DNA from: Eledone cirrhosa
Lineage: Eukaryota
Length of the DNA stretch: 64,000 nt
Direction of reading: 5' to 3'
NCBI GenBank assembly: GCA_964016885.1
Contig: OZ024744.1
Location: 40,362,001 to 40,426,000 of the forward strand
In this document: positions 1 through 12,900 of the stretch, one piece after another
Numbering within the stretch: position 1 is the stretch's first letter
Layout of the letters: every line of letters starts with the position of its first letter
Translations under genes and position numbers: made by a program
The notes under the pieces: generated by a model
What the model saw: the letters and a program-made list of their open reading frames with translations, nothing else
What the model was told of the DNA's origin: nothing
The model's database searches: none

Positions 1-2420
1 GCTTGACTCAAGGTAATCGTAGTTTCCATCAACCTAGCTTTATTTACAAAGCCTAGCTTGAACCAAGGTAATGGTAGATTCCATCAACCCAGCTTTATTT
101 ACAAAGCCTAGCTTGACCCAAGGTAATGGTAGTTTCCATCAACCCAGCTTTATTTACAAAGCCTAGCTTGAACCAAGGTAATGGTAGTTTCCATCAACCC
201 AGCTTTATTTACAATGCCTAGCTTGACCCAAGGTAATGGTAGTTTCCATCAACCCAGCTTTATTTACAAAGCCTAGCTTGACGCAAGGTAATGGTAGTTT
301 CCATCAACCCAGCTTTATTTACAAAGCCTAGCTTGACCCAAGGTAATGGTAGTTTCCATCAACCCAGGTTTATTTACAAAGCCTAGCTTGACCCAAGGTA
401 ATGGTAGTTTCCATCAACCCAGCTTTATTTACAGAGCCTAGCTTGACTCAAGGTAATGGTAGTTTCCATCAACCCAGCATTATTTACAAAGCCTAGCTTG
501 ACTCAAGGTAATGGTAGTTTCTATCACCCCAGCTTTATTTACAAAGCCTAGCTTGTCTCAAGGTAATGGTAGTTTCCATCAACCCAGTTTATTTACAATG
601 CCTAGCTTGACCCAAGGTAATAGTAATTTCCATCAACCCAGCTTTATTTACAAAGCCTAGCTTGACCCAAGGTAATGGTAGTTTCCATCAACCCAGCTTT
701 ATTTACAAAGCCTAGCTTGACCCAAGGTAATGGTAGTTTCCATCAACCCAGCTTTATTTACAGAGCCTAGCTTGACTCAAGGTAATGGTAGTTTCCATCA
801 ACCCAGCATTATTTACAAAGCCTAGCTTGACTCAAGGTAATCGTTGTTTCCATCAACCCAGCTTTATTTACAAAGCCCAGCTTGCCTCAAGGTAATGGTA
901 GTTTCCATCAACCCAGCTTTATTTACAAAGCCTAGCTTGACCCAAGGTAATGGTAGTTTCCATCAACCCAGCTTTATTTACAAAGCCTAGCTTGACCCAA
1001 GGTAATGGTAGTTTCCATCAACCCAGCTTTATTTACAAAGCCTAGCTTGACCCATGGTAATGGTAGTTTCCATGAACCCAGCTTTATTTACAGAGCCTAG
1101 CTTGACTCAAGGTAATGGTAGTTTCCATCAACCCAGCATTATTTACAAAGCCTAGCTTGACCCGAGGTAATGGTAGTTTCCATCAACCCAGCTTTATTTT
1201 CAAACCTAGCTCGACCCAAGGTAATGGTAGTTTACATCAACCCAGCTTTATTTACAAAGCCTAGCTTGACCCGAGGTAATGGTAGTTTCCATCAACCCAG
1301 CTTTATTTAGAAACCTAGCTTGACCCAAGGTAATGGTAGTTTCCATCAACCCAGCTTTATTTACAAAGCCTAGCTTGATTCAAGGTAATGGTAGTTTCCA
1401 TCAACCCAGCTTTATTTACAAAGCCTTGCTTGACCCAAGGTAATGGTAGTTTCCATCAACCCAGGTTTATTTACAGAGCCTAGCATGACCCAAGGTAATG
1501 GTAGTTTCCATCAACCCAGCTTTATTTACAAAGCCTAGCCTGACTCAAGGTAATGGTAGTTTACATCAACCCAGCTTTATTTACAAAGCCTAGCTTGACC
1601 CGAGCTAATGGTAGTTTCCATCAACCCAGCTTTATTTACAAAGCCTAGCTTGACCCAAGGTAATGGTAGTTTCCATCAACCCAGCTTTATTTACAAAGCC
1701 TAGCTTGACACAAGGTAATGGTAGTTTCCATCAACCCAGCTTTATTTACAAAGCCTATCTTGACTCAAGGTAATGGTAGTTTCCATCAACCCAGCTTTAT
1801 TTACAAAGCCTAGCATGACTCACGGTAATGGTAGTTTCCATCAGCCCAGCTTTATTTACAAAGTCTAGCTTGTCTCAAGGTAATGGTAGTTTCCATCAAC
1901 CCAGCTTTATTTACAAAGCCTAGCTTGACTCAAGGTAATGGTAGTTTCCATCAGCCCAGCTTTATTTACAAAGTCTAGCTTGTCTCAAGGTAATGGTAGT
2001 TTACATCAACCCAGCTTTATTTACAATGCCTAGCTTGACCCAAGGTAATAGTAATTTCCATCAACCAAGTTTTATTTACAAAGCCTAGCCTGACTCAAGG
2101 TAAGGGTAGGTTCCATCAACCCAGCTTTATTTACAAAGCCTAGCTTGACTCAAGGTAATGGTAGTTTCCATCATCCCACCTTTATTTACAATGCCTAGCT
2201 TGAATCAAGGTAATGGTAGTTTCCATCAACCCAGCTTTATTTACAAAGCCTAGCTTCACCGAAGGTAATGGTAGTTTCCATCAACCCAGCATTATTTACA
2301 AAGCCTAGCTTGACTCAAGGTAATGGTAGTTTCCATCAACCCAGCATTATTTACAAAGCCTAGCTTGACTCAAGGTAATCGTAGTTTCCATCAACCTAGC
2401 TTTATTTACAAAGCCTAGCT
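1..2420. repeat. Dispersed block duplication, copy A (partner at 32431-34740)
   Basis: Private variants in the same order: GGTAGATT (71/32501), GACGCAAGG (281/32711) and GCCCAGCTTGCCTC (871/33301) at offset 32430, then TTTTCAAACCTAGCTCGAC (1191/33511) and TCATCCCACC (2171/34491) at offset 32320. Confidence 0.9.
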
Positions 2421-4514
2421 TGACACAAGGTAATGGTAGTTTCCATCAACCCAGCTTTATTTACAAAGCCTAGCTTGACTCAAGGTAATCATTGTTTCCA
2501 TCAACCCAGCTTTATTTACAAACCTAGCTTGACCCAAGGTAATGGTAGTTTCCATCAACCCAGCTTTATTTACAAAGCCTAGCTTGACCCAAGGTAATGG
2601 TAGTTTCCATCAACCCAGCTTTATTTACAAAGCCTAGCTTGACCCAAGGTAATGGTAGTTTCCATCAACCCAGGTTTATTTACAAAGCCTAGCATGACCC
2701 AAGGTAATGGTAGTTTCCATCAACCCAGCTTTATTTACAAAGCCTAGCCTGACTCAAGGTAATGGTAGTTTACATCAACCCAGCTTTATTTACAAAGCCT
2801 AGCTTGACCCGAGCTAATGGTAGTTTCCATCAACCCAGCTTTATTTACAAAGCCTAGCTTGACCCAAGACAATGGAAGTTTCCATCAACCCAGCTTTATT
2901 TCCAAAGCCTAGCTTGACACAAGGTAATGGTAGTTTCCATCAACCCAGCTTTATTTACAAAGCCTATCTTGACTCAAGGTAATGGTAGTTTCCATCAACC
3001 CAGCTTTATTTACAAAGCCTAGCTTGACTCACGGTAATGGTAGTTTCCATCAGCCCAGCTTTATTTACAAAGTCTAGCTTGTCTCAAGGTAATGGTAGTT
3101 TCCATCAACCCAGCTTTATTTACAAAGCCTAGCTTGACTCAAGGTAATGGTAGTTTCCATCAGCCCAGCTTTATTTACAAAGTCTAGCTTGTCTCAAGGT
3201 AATGGTAGTCTCCATCAACCCAGCTTTATTTACAATGCCTAGCTTGACCCAAGGTAATAGTAATTTCCATCAACCAAGTTTTATTTACAAAGCCTAGCTT
3301 GACTCAAGGTAAGGGTAGGTTCCATCAACCCAGCTTTATTTACAAAGCCTAGCTTGACTCAAGGTAATGGTAGTTTCCATCAACCCAGCTTTATTTACAA
3401 TGCCTAGCTTGAATCAAGGTAATGGTAGTTTCCATCAACCCAGCATTATTTACAAAGCCTAGCTTGACTCAAGGTAATGGTAGTTTCCATCAACCCAGCA
3501 TTATTTACAAAGACTAGCTTGACTCAAGGTAATCGTAGTTTCCATCAACCTAGCTTTATTTACAAAGCCTAGCTTGACTCAAGGTAATGGTAGTTTACAT
3601 CAACCCAGCTTTATTTACAAAGCCTAGCTTGACCCAAGGTAATGGTAGTTTCCATCAACGCAGCTTTATTTACAAAGCCTAGCTTGACTCAAGGTAATGG
3701 TAGTTTCCATCAACCCAGCTTTATTTACAAAGACTAGCTTGACTCAATGTAATGGTAGTTTCAATCAACCCAGCTTTATTTACAAATACTTGCTTGACCC
3801 AAGGTAATGGTAGTTTCCATCAACCCAGCTTTATTTACAAAGCCTAGCTTGACACAAGGTAATGGTAGTTTCCATCAACCCAGCTTTATTTACAAAGCCT
3901 ATCTTGACTCAAGGTAATGGTAGTTTCCATCAACCCAGCTTTATTTACAAAGCCTAGCTTGACTCGAGGTAATGGTATTTTCCATCAGCCCAGCTTTATT
4001 TACAAAGTCTAGCTTGTCTGAAGGTAATGGTAGTTTCCATCAACCCAGCTTTATTTACAAAGCCTAGCTTGACTCAAGGTAATGGTAGTTTCCATCAGCC
4101 TAGCTTTATTTACAAAGTCTGGCTTGTCTCAAGGTAATGGTAGTTTCTATCAACCCAGCCTTATTTACAATGCCTAGCTTGACCCAAGGTAATGGTAGTT
4201 TCCATCAATCCAGCTTTATTTACAAAGCCTACCTTGACCCAAGGTAATGGTAGTTTCCATCAACTGAGCTTTATTTAAAAAGCCTAGTGTGACTCAAGGT
4301 AATGATAGTTTCCATCAACCCAGCTTTATTTGTAAAGCCCTGCTTGACTCAAGGTAATGGTAGTTTCCATCAACCCAGCTTTATTTGTAAAGCCCTGCTT
4401 GACTCAAGGTAATGGTAGTTTCCATCAACCCAGCTTTATTTACAAAGCCTAGCTTGAATCAAGGTAATGGTATTTTCCTTCAACCCAGCTTTATTTACAA
4501 AGTCTAGCTTGTCT

Positions 4515-7500
4515 CAAGGTAATGGTAGTTTCCATCAACCCAGCTTTATTTACAAAGCCTAGCTTTACTCAAGGTAACGGTAGTTTCCATCAGCCCAGCT
4601 TTATTTACAAAATCTAGCGTGTCTCAAGGTAATGGTAGTTTCCATCAACCCAGTTTATTTACAATGCCTAGCTTGACTCAAGGTAATAGTAATTTCCATC
4701 AACCCAGCTTTATTTACAAAGCCTAGCTTGACCCAAGGTAATGGTAGTTTCCATCAACCCAGCTTTATTTACAAAGCCTAGCTTGACCCAAGGTAATGGT
4801 AGTTTCCATCAACCCAGCTTTATTTACAGAGCCTAGCTTGACTCAAGGTAATGGTAGTTTCCATCAACCCAGCATTATTTACAAAGCCTAGCTTGACCCG
4901 AGCTAATGGTAGTTTCCATCAACCCAGCTTTATTTACAAAGCCTAGCTTGACCCAAGGTAATGGTAGTTTCCATCAACCCAGCTTTATTTACAAAGCCTA
5001 GCTTGACACAAGGTAATGGTAGTTTCCATCAACCCAGCTTTATTTACAAAGCCTATCTTGACTCAAGGTAATGGTAGTTTCCATCAACCCAGCTTTATTT
5101 ACAAAGCCTAGCATGACTCACGGTAATGGTAGTTTCGATCAGCCCAGCTTTATTTACAAAGTCTAGCTTGTCTCAAGGTAATGGTAGTTTCCATCAACCC
5201 AGCTTTATTTACAAAGCCTAGCTTGACTCAAGGTAATGGTAGTTTCCATCAGCCCAGCTTTATTTACAAAGTCTAGCATGTCTCAAGGTAATGGTAGTTT
5301 CCATCAACCCAGCTTTATTTACAATGCCTAGCTTGACCCAAGGTAATAGTAATTTCCATCAACCAAGTTTTATTTACAAAGCCTAGCTTGACTCAAGGTA
5401 AGGGTAGGTTCCATCAACCCAGCTTTATTTACAAAGCCTAGCTTGACTCAAGGTAATGGTAGTTTCCATCATCCCAGCTTTATTTACAATGCCTAGCTTG
5501 ACTCAAGGTAATGGTAGTTTCCATCAACCTAGCTTTATTTACAAAGACTAGCTTGACTCAAGGTAATGGTAGTTTCCATCAACCCAGCTTTATTTACAGA
5601 GCCTAGCTTGACTCAAGGTAATGGTAGTTTCCATCAACCTAGCTTTATTTACAAAGACTAGCTTGACTCAAGGTAATGGTAGTTTCCATCAACCCAGCTT
5701 TATTTACAATGCCTAGCTTGAATCAAGGTAATGGTAGTTTCCATCATCCCAGCTTTATTTACAATGCCTAGCTTGAATCAAGGTAATGGTAGTTTCCATC
5801 AACCCAGCTTTATTTACAAAGCCTAGCTTGACCCAAGGTAATGGTAGTTTCCATCAACCCAGCTTTATTTACAAAGCCTAGCTTGACCCAAGGTAATGGT
5901 AGTTTCCATCAACCCAGCTTTATTTACAAAGCCTAGCTTCACCGAAGGTAATGGTCGTTTCCATCAACCCAGCATTATTTACAAAGCCTAGCTTGACTCA
6001 AGGTAATGGTAGTTTCCATCAACCCAGCATTATTTACAAAGCCTAGCTTGACTCAAGGTAATCGTAGTTTCCATCAACCTAGCTTTATTTACAAAGCCTA
6101 GCTTGACTCAAGGTAATGGTAGTTTCCATCAACCCAGCTTTATTTACAATGCCTAGCTTGAATCAAGGTAATGGTAGTTTCCATCAACCCAGCTTTATTT
6201 ACAAAGCCTAGCTTGAACCAAGGTAATGGTAGTTTCCATCAACCCAGCTTTATTTACAAAGCCTAGCTTGACCCAAGGTAATGGTAGTTTCCATCAACCC
6301 AGCTTTATTTACAAAGCCTAGCTTGACCCAAGATAATGGTAGTTTCCATCAACCCAGCTTTATTTACGATGCCTAGCTTGACTCAAGGTAATGGTAGTTT
6401 CCATCAACCCAGCTTTATTTACAAAGCCTAGCTTGACCCAAGGTAATGGTAGTTTCCATCAACCCAGCTTTATTTACAAAGACTAGCTTGACTCAAGGTA
6501 ATGGTAGTTTCAATCAACCCAGCTTTATTTACAAAGCCTTGCTTGACCCAAGGTAATGGTAGTTTCCATCAACCCAGCATTATTTACAAAGCCTAGCTTG
6601 ACACAAGGTAATGGTAGTTTCTATCAACCCAGCTTTATTTACAAAGCCTATCTTGACTCAAGGTAATGGTAGTTTCCATCAACCCAGCTTTATTTACAAA
6701 GCCTATCTTGACTCAAGGTAATGGTAGTTTCCATCAACCCAGCTTTATTTACAAAGCCTATCTTGACTCAAGGTAATGGTAGTTTCCATCAACCCAGCTT
6801 TATTTACAAAGCCTATCTTGACTCAAGGTAATGGTAGTTTCCATCAACCCAGCTTTATTTACAAAGCCTAGCTTGACCCAAGGTAATGGTAGTTTCCATC
6901 AACCCAGCTTTATTTACAAAGCCTAGCTTGACTCACGGTAATGGTAGTTTCCATCAACCCAGCTTTATTTACAAAGCCTAGCTTGACCCAAGTTAATGGT
7001 AGTTTCCATCAACCCAGCTTTATTTACAATGCCTAGCTTGACCCAAGGTAATAGTAATTTCCATCAACCAAGTTTTATTTACAAAGCCTAGCTTGACTCA
7101 AGGTAAGGGTAGGTTCCATCAACCCAGCTTTATTTACAAAGCCTAGCTTGACTCAAGGTAATGGTAGTTTCCATCAACCCAGCTTTATTTACAATGCCTA
7201 GCTTGAATCAAGGTAATGGTAGTTTCCATCAACCCAGCTTTATTTACAAAGCCTAGCTTTACTCAAGGTAACGGTAGTTTCCATCAGCCCAGCTTTATTT
7301 ACAAAATCTAGCGTGTCTCAAGGTAATGGTAGTTTCCATCAACCCAGTTTATTTACAATGCCTAGCTTGACCCAAGGTAATAGTAATTTCCATCAACCCA
7401 GCTTTATTTACAAAGCCTAGCTTGACCCAAGGTAATGGTAGTTTCCATCAACCCAGCTTTATTTACAAAGCCTAGCTTGACCCAAGGTAATGGTAGTTTC

Positions 7501-9953
7501 CATCAACCCAGCTTTATTTACAGAGCCTAGCTTGACTCAAGGTAATGGTAGTTTCCATCAACCCAGCATTATTTACAAAGCCTAGCTTGACCCGAGCTAA
7601 TGGTAGTTTCCATCAACCCAGCTTTATTTACAAAGCCTAGCTTGACCCAAGGTAATGGTAGTTTCCATCAACCCAGCTTTATTTACAAAGCCTAGCTTGA
7701 CACAAGGTAATGGTAGTTTCCATCAACCCAGCTTTATTTACAAAGCCTATCTTGACTCAAGGTAATGGTAGTTTCCATCAACCCAGCTTTATTTACAAAG
7801 CCTAGCATGACTCACGGTAATGGTAGTTTCGATCAGCCCAGCTTTATTTACAAAGTCTAGCTTGTCTCAAGGTAATGGTAGTTTCCATCAACCCAGCTTT
7901 ATTTACAAAGCCTAGCTTGACTCAAGGTAATGGTAGTTTCCATCAGCCCAGCTTTATTTACAAAGTCTAGCATGTCTCAAGGTAATGGTAGTTTCCATCA
8001 ACCCAGCTTTATTTACAATGCCTAGCTTGACCCAAGGTAATAGTAATTTCCATCAACCAAGTTTTATTTACAAAGCCTAGCTTGACTCAAGGTAAGGGTA
8101 GGTTCCATCAACCCAGCTTTATTTACAAAGCCTAGCTTGACTCAAGGTAATGGTAGTTTCCATCATCCCAGCTTTATTTACAATGCCTAGCTTGACTCAA
8201 GGTAATGGTAGTTTCCATCAACCTAGCTTTATTTACAAAGACTAGCTTGACTCAAGGTAATGGTAGTTTCCATCAACCCAGCTTTATTTACAGAGCCTAG
8301 CTTGACTCAAGGTAATGGTAGTTTCCATCAACCTAGCTTTATTTACAAAGACTAGCTTGACTCAAGGTAATGGTAGTTTCCATCAACCCAGCTTTATTTA
8401 CAATGCCTAGCTTGAATCAAGGTAATGGTAGTTTCCATCATCCCAGCTTTATTTACAATGCCTAGCTTGAATCAAGGTAATGGTAGTTTCCATCAACCCA
8501 GCTTTATTTACAAAGCCTAGCTTGACCCAAGGTAATGGTAGTTTCCATCAACCCAGCTTTATTTACAAAGCCTAGCTTGACCCAAGGTAATGGTAGTTTC
8601 CATCAACCCAGCTTTATTTACAAAGCCTAGCTTCACCGAAGGTAATGGTAGTTTCCATCAACCCAGCATTATTTACAAAGCCTAGCTTGACTCAAGGTAA
8701 TGGTAGTTTCCATCAACCCAGCATTATTTACAAAGCCTAGCTTGACTCAAGGTAATCGTAGTTTCCATCAACCTAGCTTTATTTACAAAGCCTAGCTTGA
8801 CTCAAGGTAATGGTAGTTTCCATCAACCCAGCTTTATTTACAATGCCTAGCTTGAATCAAGGTAATGGTAGTTTCCATCAACCCAGCTTTATTTACAAAG
8901 CCTAGCTTGAACCAAGGTAATGGTAGTTTCCATCAACCCAGCTTTATTTACAAAGCCTAGCTTGACCCAAGGTAATGGTAGTTTCCATCAACCCAGCTTT
9001 ATTTACAAAGCCTAGCTTGACCCAAGATAATGGTAGTTTCCATCAACCCAGCTTTATTTACGATGCCTAGCTTGACTCAAGGTAATGGTAGTTTCCATCA
9101 ACCCAGCTTTATTTACAAAGCCTAGCTTGACCCAAGGTAATGGTAGTTTCCATCAACCCAGCTTTATTTACAAAGACTAGCTTGACTCAAGGTAATGGTA
9201 GTTTCAATCAACCCAGCTTTATTTACAAAGCCTTGCTTGACCCAAGGTAATGGTAGTTTCCATCAACCCAGCATTATTTACAAAGCCTAGCTTGACACAA
9301 GGTAATGGTAGTTTCTATCAACCCAGCTTTATTTACAAAGCCTATCTTGACTCAAGGTAATGGTAGTTTCCATCAACCCAGCTTTATTTACAAAGCCTAT
9401 CTTGACTCAAGGTAATGGTAGTTTCCATCAACCCAGCTTTATTTACAAAGCCTATCTTGACTCAAGGTAATGGTAGTTTCCATCAACCCAGCTTTATTTA
9501 CAAAGCCTATCTTGACTCAAGGTAATGGTAGTTTCCATCAACCCAGCTTTATTTACAAAGCCTAGCTTGACCCAAGGTAATGGTAGTTTCCATCAACCCA
9601 GCTTTATTTACAAAGCCTAGCTTGACTCACGGTAATGGTAGTTTCCATCAACCCAGCTTTATTTACAAAGCCTAGCTTGACCCAAGTTAATGGTAGTTTC
9701 CATCAACCCAGCTTTATTTACAATGCCTAGCTTGACCCAAGGTAATAGTAATTTCCATCAACCAAGTTTTATTTACAAAGCCTAGCTTGACTCAAGGTAA
9801 GGGTAGGTTCCATCAACCCAGCTTTATTTACAAAGCCTAGCTTGACTCAAGGTAATGGTAGTTTCCATCAACCCAGCTTTATTTACAATGCCTAGCTTGA
9901 ATCAAGGTAATGGTAGTTTCCATCAACCCAGCTTTATTTACAAAGCCTAGCTT
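4515..9953. repeat. Tandem duplication of a 49-monomer (2694-bp) higher-order unit
   Basis: GCTTTACTCAAGGTAACGG at 4562/7256, AGTTTCGATC at 5131/7825 and TATTTACGAT at 6361/9055; constant offset 2694 = 49x55 - 1. Confidence 0.92.
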
Positions 9954-12900
9954 CACCGAAGGTAATGGTAGTTTCCATCAACCCAGCATTATTTACAAAC
10001 CCTAGCTTGACTCAAGGTAATGGTAGTTTCCATCAACCCAGCTTTATATACAAAGCCTAGCTTGACTCAAGGTAATCGTAGTTTCCATCAACCTAGCTTT
10101 ATTTACAAAGCCTAGCTTGACTCAAGGTAATCGTAGTTTCCATCAACCCAGCATTATTTACAAAGCCTAGCTTGACTCAAGGTAATCGTAGTTTCCATCA
10201 ACCTAGCTTTATTTACAAAGCCTAGCTTGACCCAAGGTAATGGTAGTTTCCATCAACCCAGCTTTATTTACAATGCCTAGCATGACCCAAGGTAATGGTA
10301 GTTTCCATCAACCCAGCTTTATTTACAAAGCCTAGCTTGACTCAAGGTAATGGTAGTTTACATCAACCCAGCTTTATTTACAAAGCCTAGCTTGACCCAA
10401 GGTAATGGTAGTTTCCATCAACCCAGCTTTATTTACAAAGCCTAGCTTGAACCAAGGTAATGGTAGTTTCCATCAACCCAGCTTTATTTACAAAGCCTAG
10501 CTTGACCCAAGGTAATGGTAGTTTCCATCAACCCAGCTTTATTTACAAAGCCTAGCTTGACCCAAGGTAATGGTAGTTTCCATCAACCCAGCTTTATTTA
10601 CAAAGCCTAGCTTGACTCAACGTAATGGTAGTTTCTATCACCCCAGCTTTATTTACAAAGCCTAGCTTGACTCAAGGTAATGGTAGTTTCTCTCACCCCA
10701 GCTTTATTTACAATGCCTAGCATGACCCAAGGTAATGGTAATTTCCATCAACCCAGCTTTATTTACAAAGCCTAGCTTGACCCACGGTAATGGTAGTTTC
10801 CATCAACCCAGCTTTATTTACAAAGCCTAGCTTGACTCAAGGTAATGGTAGTTTCTATCACCCCAGCTTTATTTACAATGCCTAGCATGACCCAAGGTAA
10901 TGGTAATTTCCATCAACCCAGCTTTATTTACAAAGCCTAGCTTGACCCAAGGTAATGGTAGTTTCCATCAACCCAGCTTTATTTACAAAGCCTAGCTTGA
11001 ACCAAGGTAATGGTAGTTTCTATCAACCCAGCTTTATTTACAAAGCCTATCTTGACTCAAGGTAATGGTAGTTTCCATCAACCCAGCTTTATTTACAAAG
11101 CCTATCTTGACTCAAGGTAATGGTAGTTTCCATCAACCCAGCTTTATTTACAAAGCCTATCTTGACTCAAGGTAATGGTAGTTTCCATCAACCCAGCTTT
11201 ATTTACAAAGCCTATCTTGACTCAAGGTAATGGTAGTTTCCATCAACCCAGCTTTATTTACAAAGCCTAGCTTGACCCAAGGTAATGGTAGTTTCCATCA
11301 ACCCAGCTTTATTTACAAAGCCTAGCTTGACTCACGGTAATGGTAGTTTCCATCAACCCAGCTTTATTTACAAAGCCTAGCTTGACCCAAGTTAATGGTA
11401 GTTTCCATCAACCCAGCTTTATTTACAATGCCTAGCTTGACCCAAGGTAATAGTAATTTCCATCAACCAAGTTTTATTTACAAAGCCTAGCTTGACTCAA
11501 GGTAAGGGTAGGTTCCATCAACCCAGCTTTATTTACAAAGACTAGCTTGACTCAAGGTAATGGTAGTTTCAATCAACCCAGCTTTATTTACAAAGCCTTG
11601 CTTGACCCAAGGTAATGGTAGTTTCCATCAACCCAGCATTATTTACAAAGCCTAGCTTGACACAAGGTAATGGTAGTTTCTATCAACCCAGCTTTATTTA
11701 CAAAGCCTATCTTGACTCAAGGTAATGGTAGTTTCCATCAACCCAGCTTTATTTACAAAGCCTATCTTGACTCAAGGTAATGGTAGTTTCCATCAACCCA
11801 GCTTTATTTACAAAGCCTATCTTGACTCAAGGTAATGGTAGTTTCCATCAACCCAGCTTTATTTACAAAGCCTATCTTGACTCAAGGTAATGGTAGTTTC
11901 CATCAACCCAGCTTTATTTACAAAGCCTAGCTTGACCCAAGGTAATGGTAGTTTCCATCAACCCAGCTTTATTTACAAAGCCTAGCTTGACTCACGGTAA
12001 TGGTAGTTTCCATCAACCCAGCTTTATTTACAAAGCCTAGCTTGACCCAAGTTAATGGTAGTTTCCATCAACCCAGCTTTATTTACAATGCCTAGCTTGA
12101 CCCAAGGTAATAGTAATTTCCATCAACCAAGTTTTATTTACAAAGCCTAGCTTGACTCAAGGTAAGGGTAGGTTCCATCAACCCAGCTTTATTTACAAAG
12201 CCTAGCTTGACTCAAGGTAATGGTAGTTTCCATCAACCCAGCTTTATTTACAATGCCTAGCTTGAATCAAGGTAATGGTAGTTTCCATCAACCCAGCTTT
12301 ATTTACAAAGCCTAGCTTTACTCAAGGTAACGGTAGTTTCCATCAGCCCAGCTTTATTTACAAAATCTAGCGTGTCTCAAGGTAATGGTAGTTTCCATCA
12401 ACCCAGTTTATTTACAATGCCTAGCTTGACCCAAGGTAATAGTAATTTCCATCAACCCAGCTTTATTTACAAAGCCTAGCTTGACCCAAGGTAATGGTAG
12501 TTTCCATCAACCCAGCTTTATTTACAAAGCCTAGCTTGACCCAAGGTAATGGTAGTTTCCATCAACCCAGCTTTATTTACAGAGCCTAGCTTGACTCAAG
12601 GTAATGGTAGTTTCCATCAACCCAGCATTATTTACAAAGCCTAGCTTGACCCGAGCTAATGGTAGTTTCCATCAACCCAGCTTTATTTACAAAGCCTAGC
12701 TTGACCCAAGGTAATGGTAGTTTCCATCAACCCAGCTTTATTTACAAAGCCTAGCTTGACACAAGGTAATGGTAGTTTCCATCAACCCAGCTTTATTTAC
12801 AAAGCCTATCTTGACTCAAGGTAATGGTAGTTTCCATCAACCCAGCTTTATTTACAAAGCCTAGCATGACTCACGGTAATGGTAGTTTCGATCAGCCCAG

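Noticed and set aside
119-155. Splice-donor-like AAG|GTAATG on the plus strand and AATAAA on the minus strand in each monomer
   Set aside because: Short motifs with no gene context; nothing in the sequence supports function.
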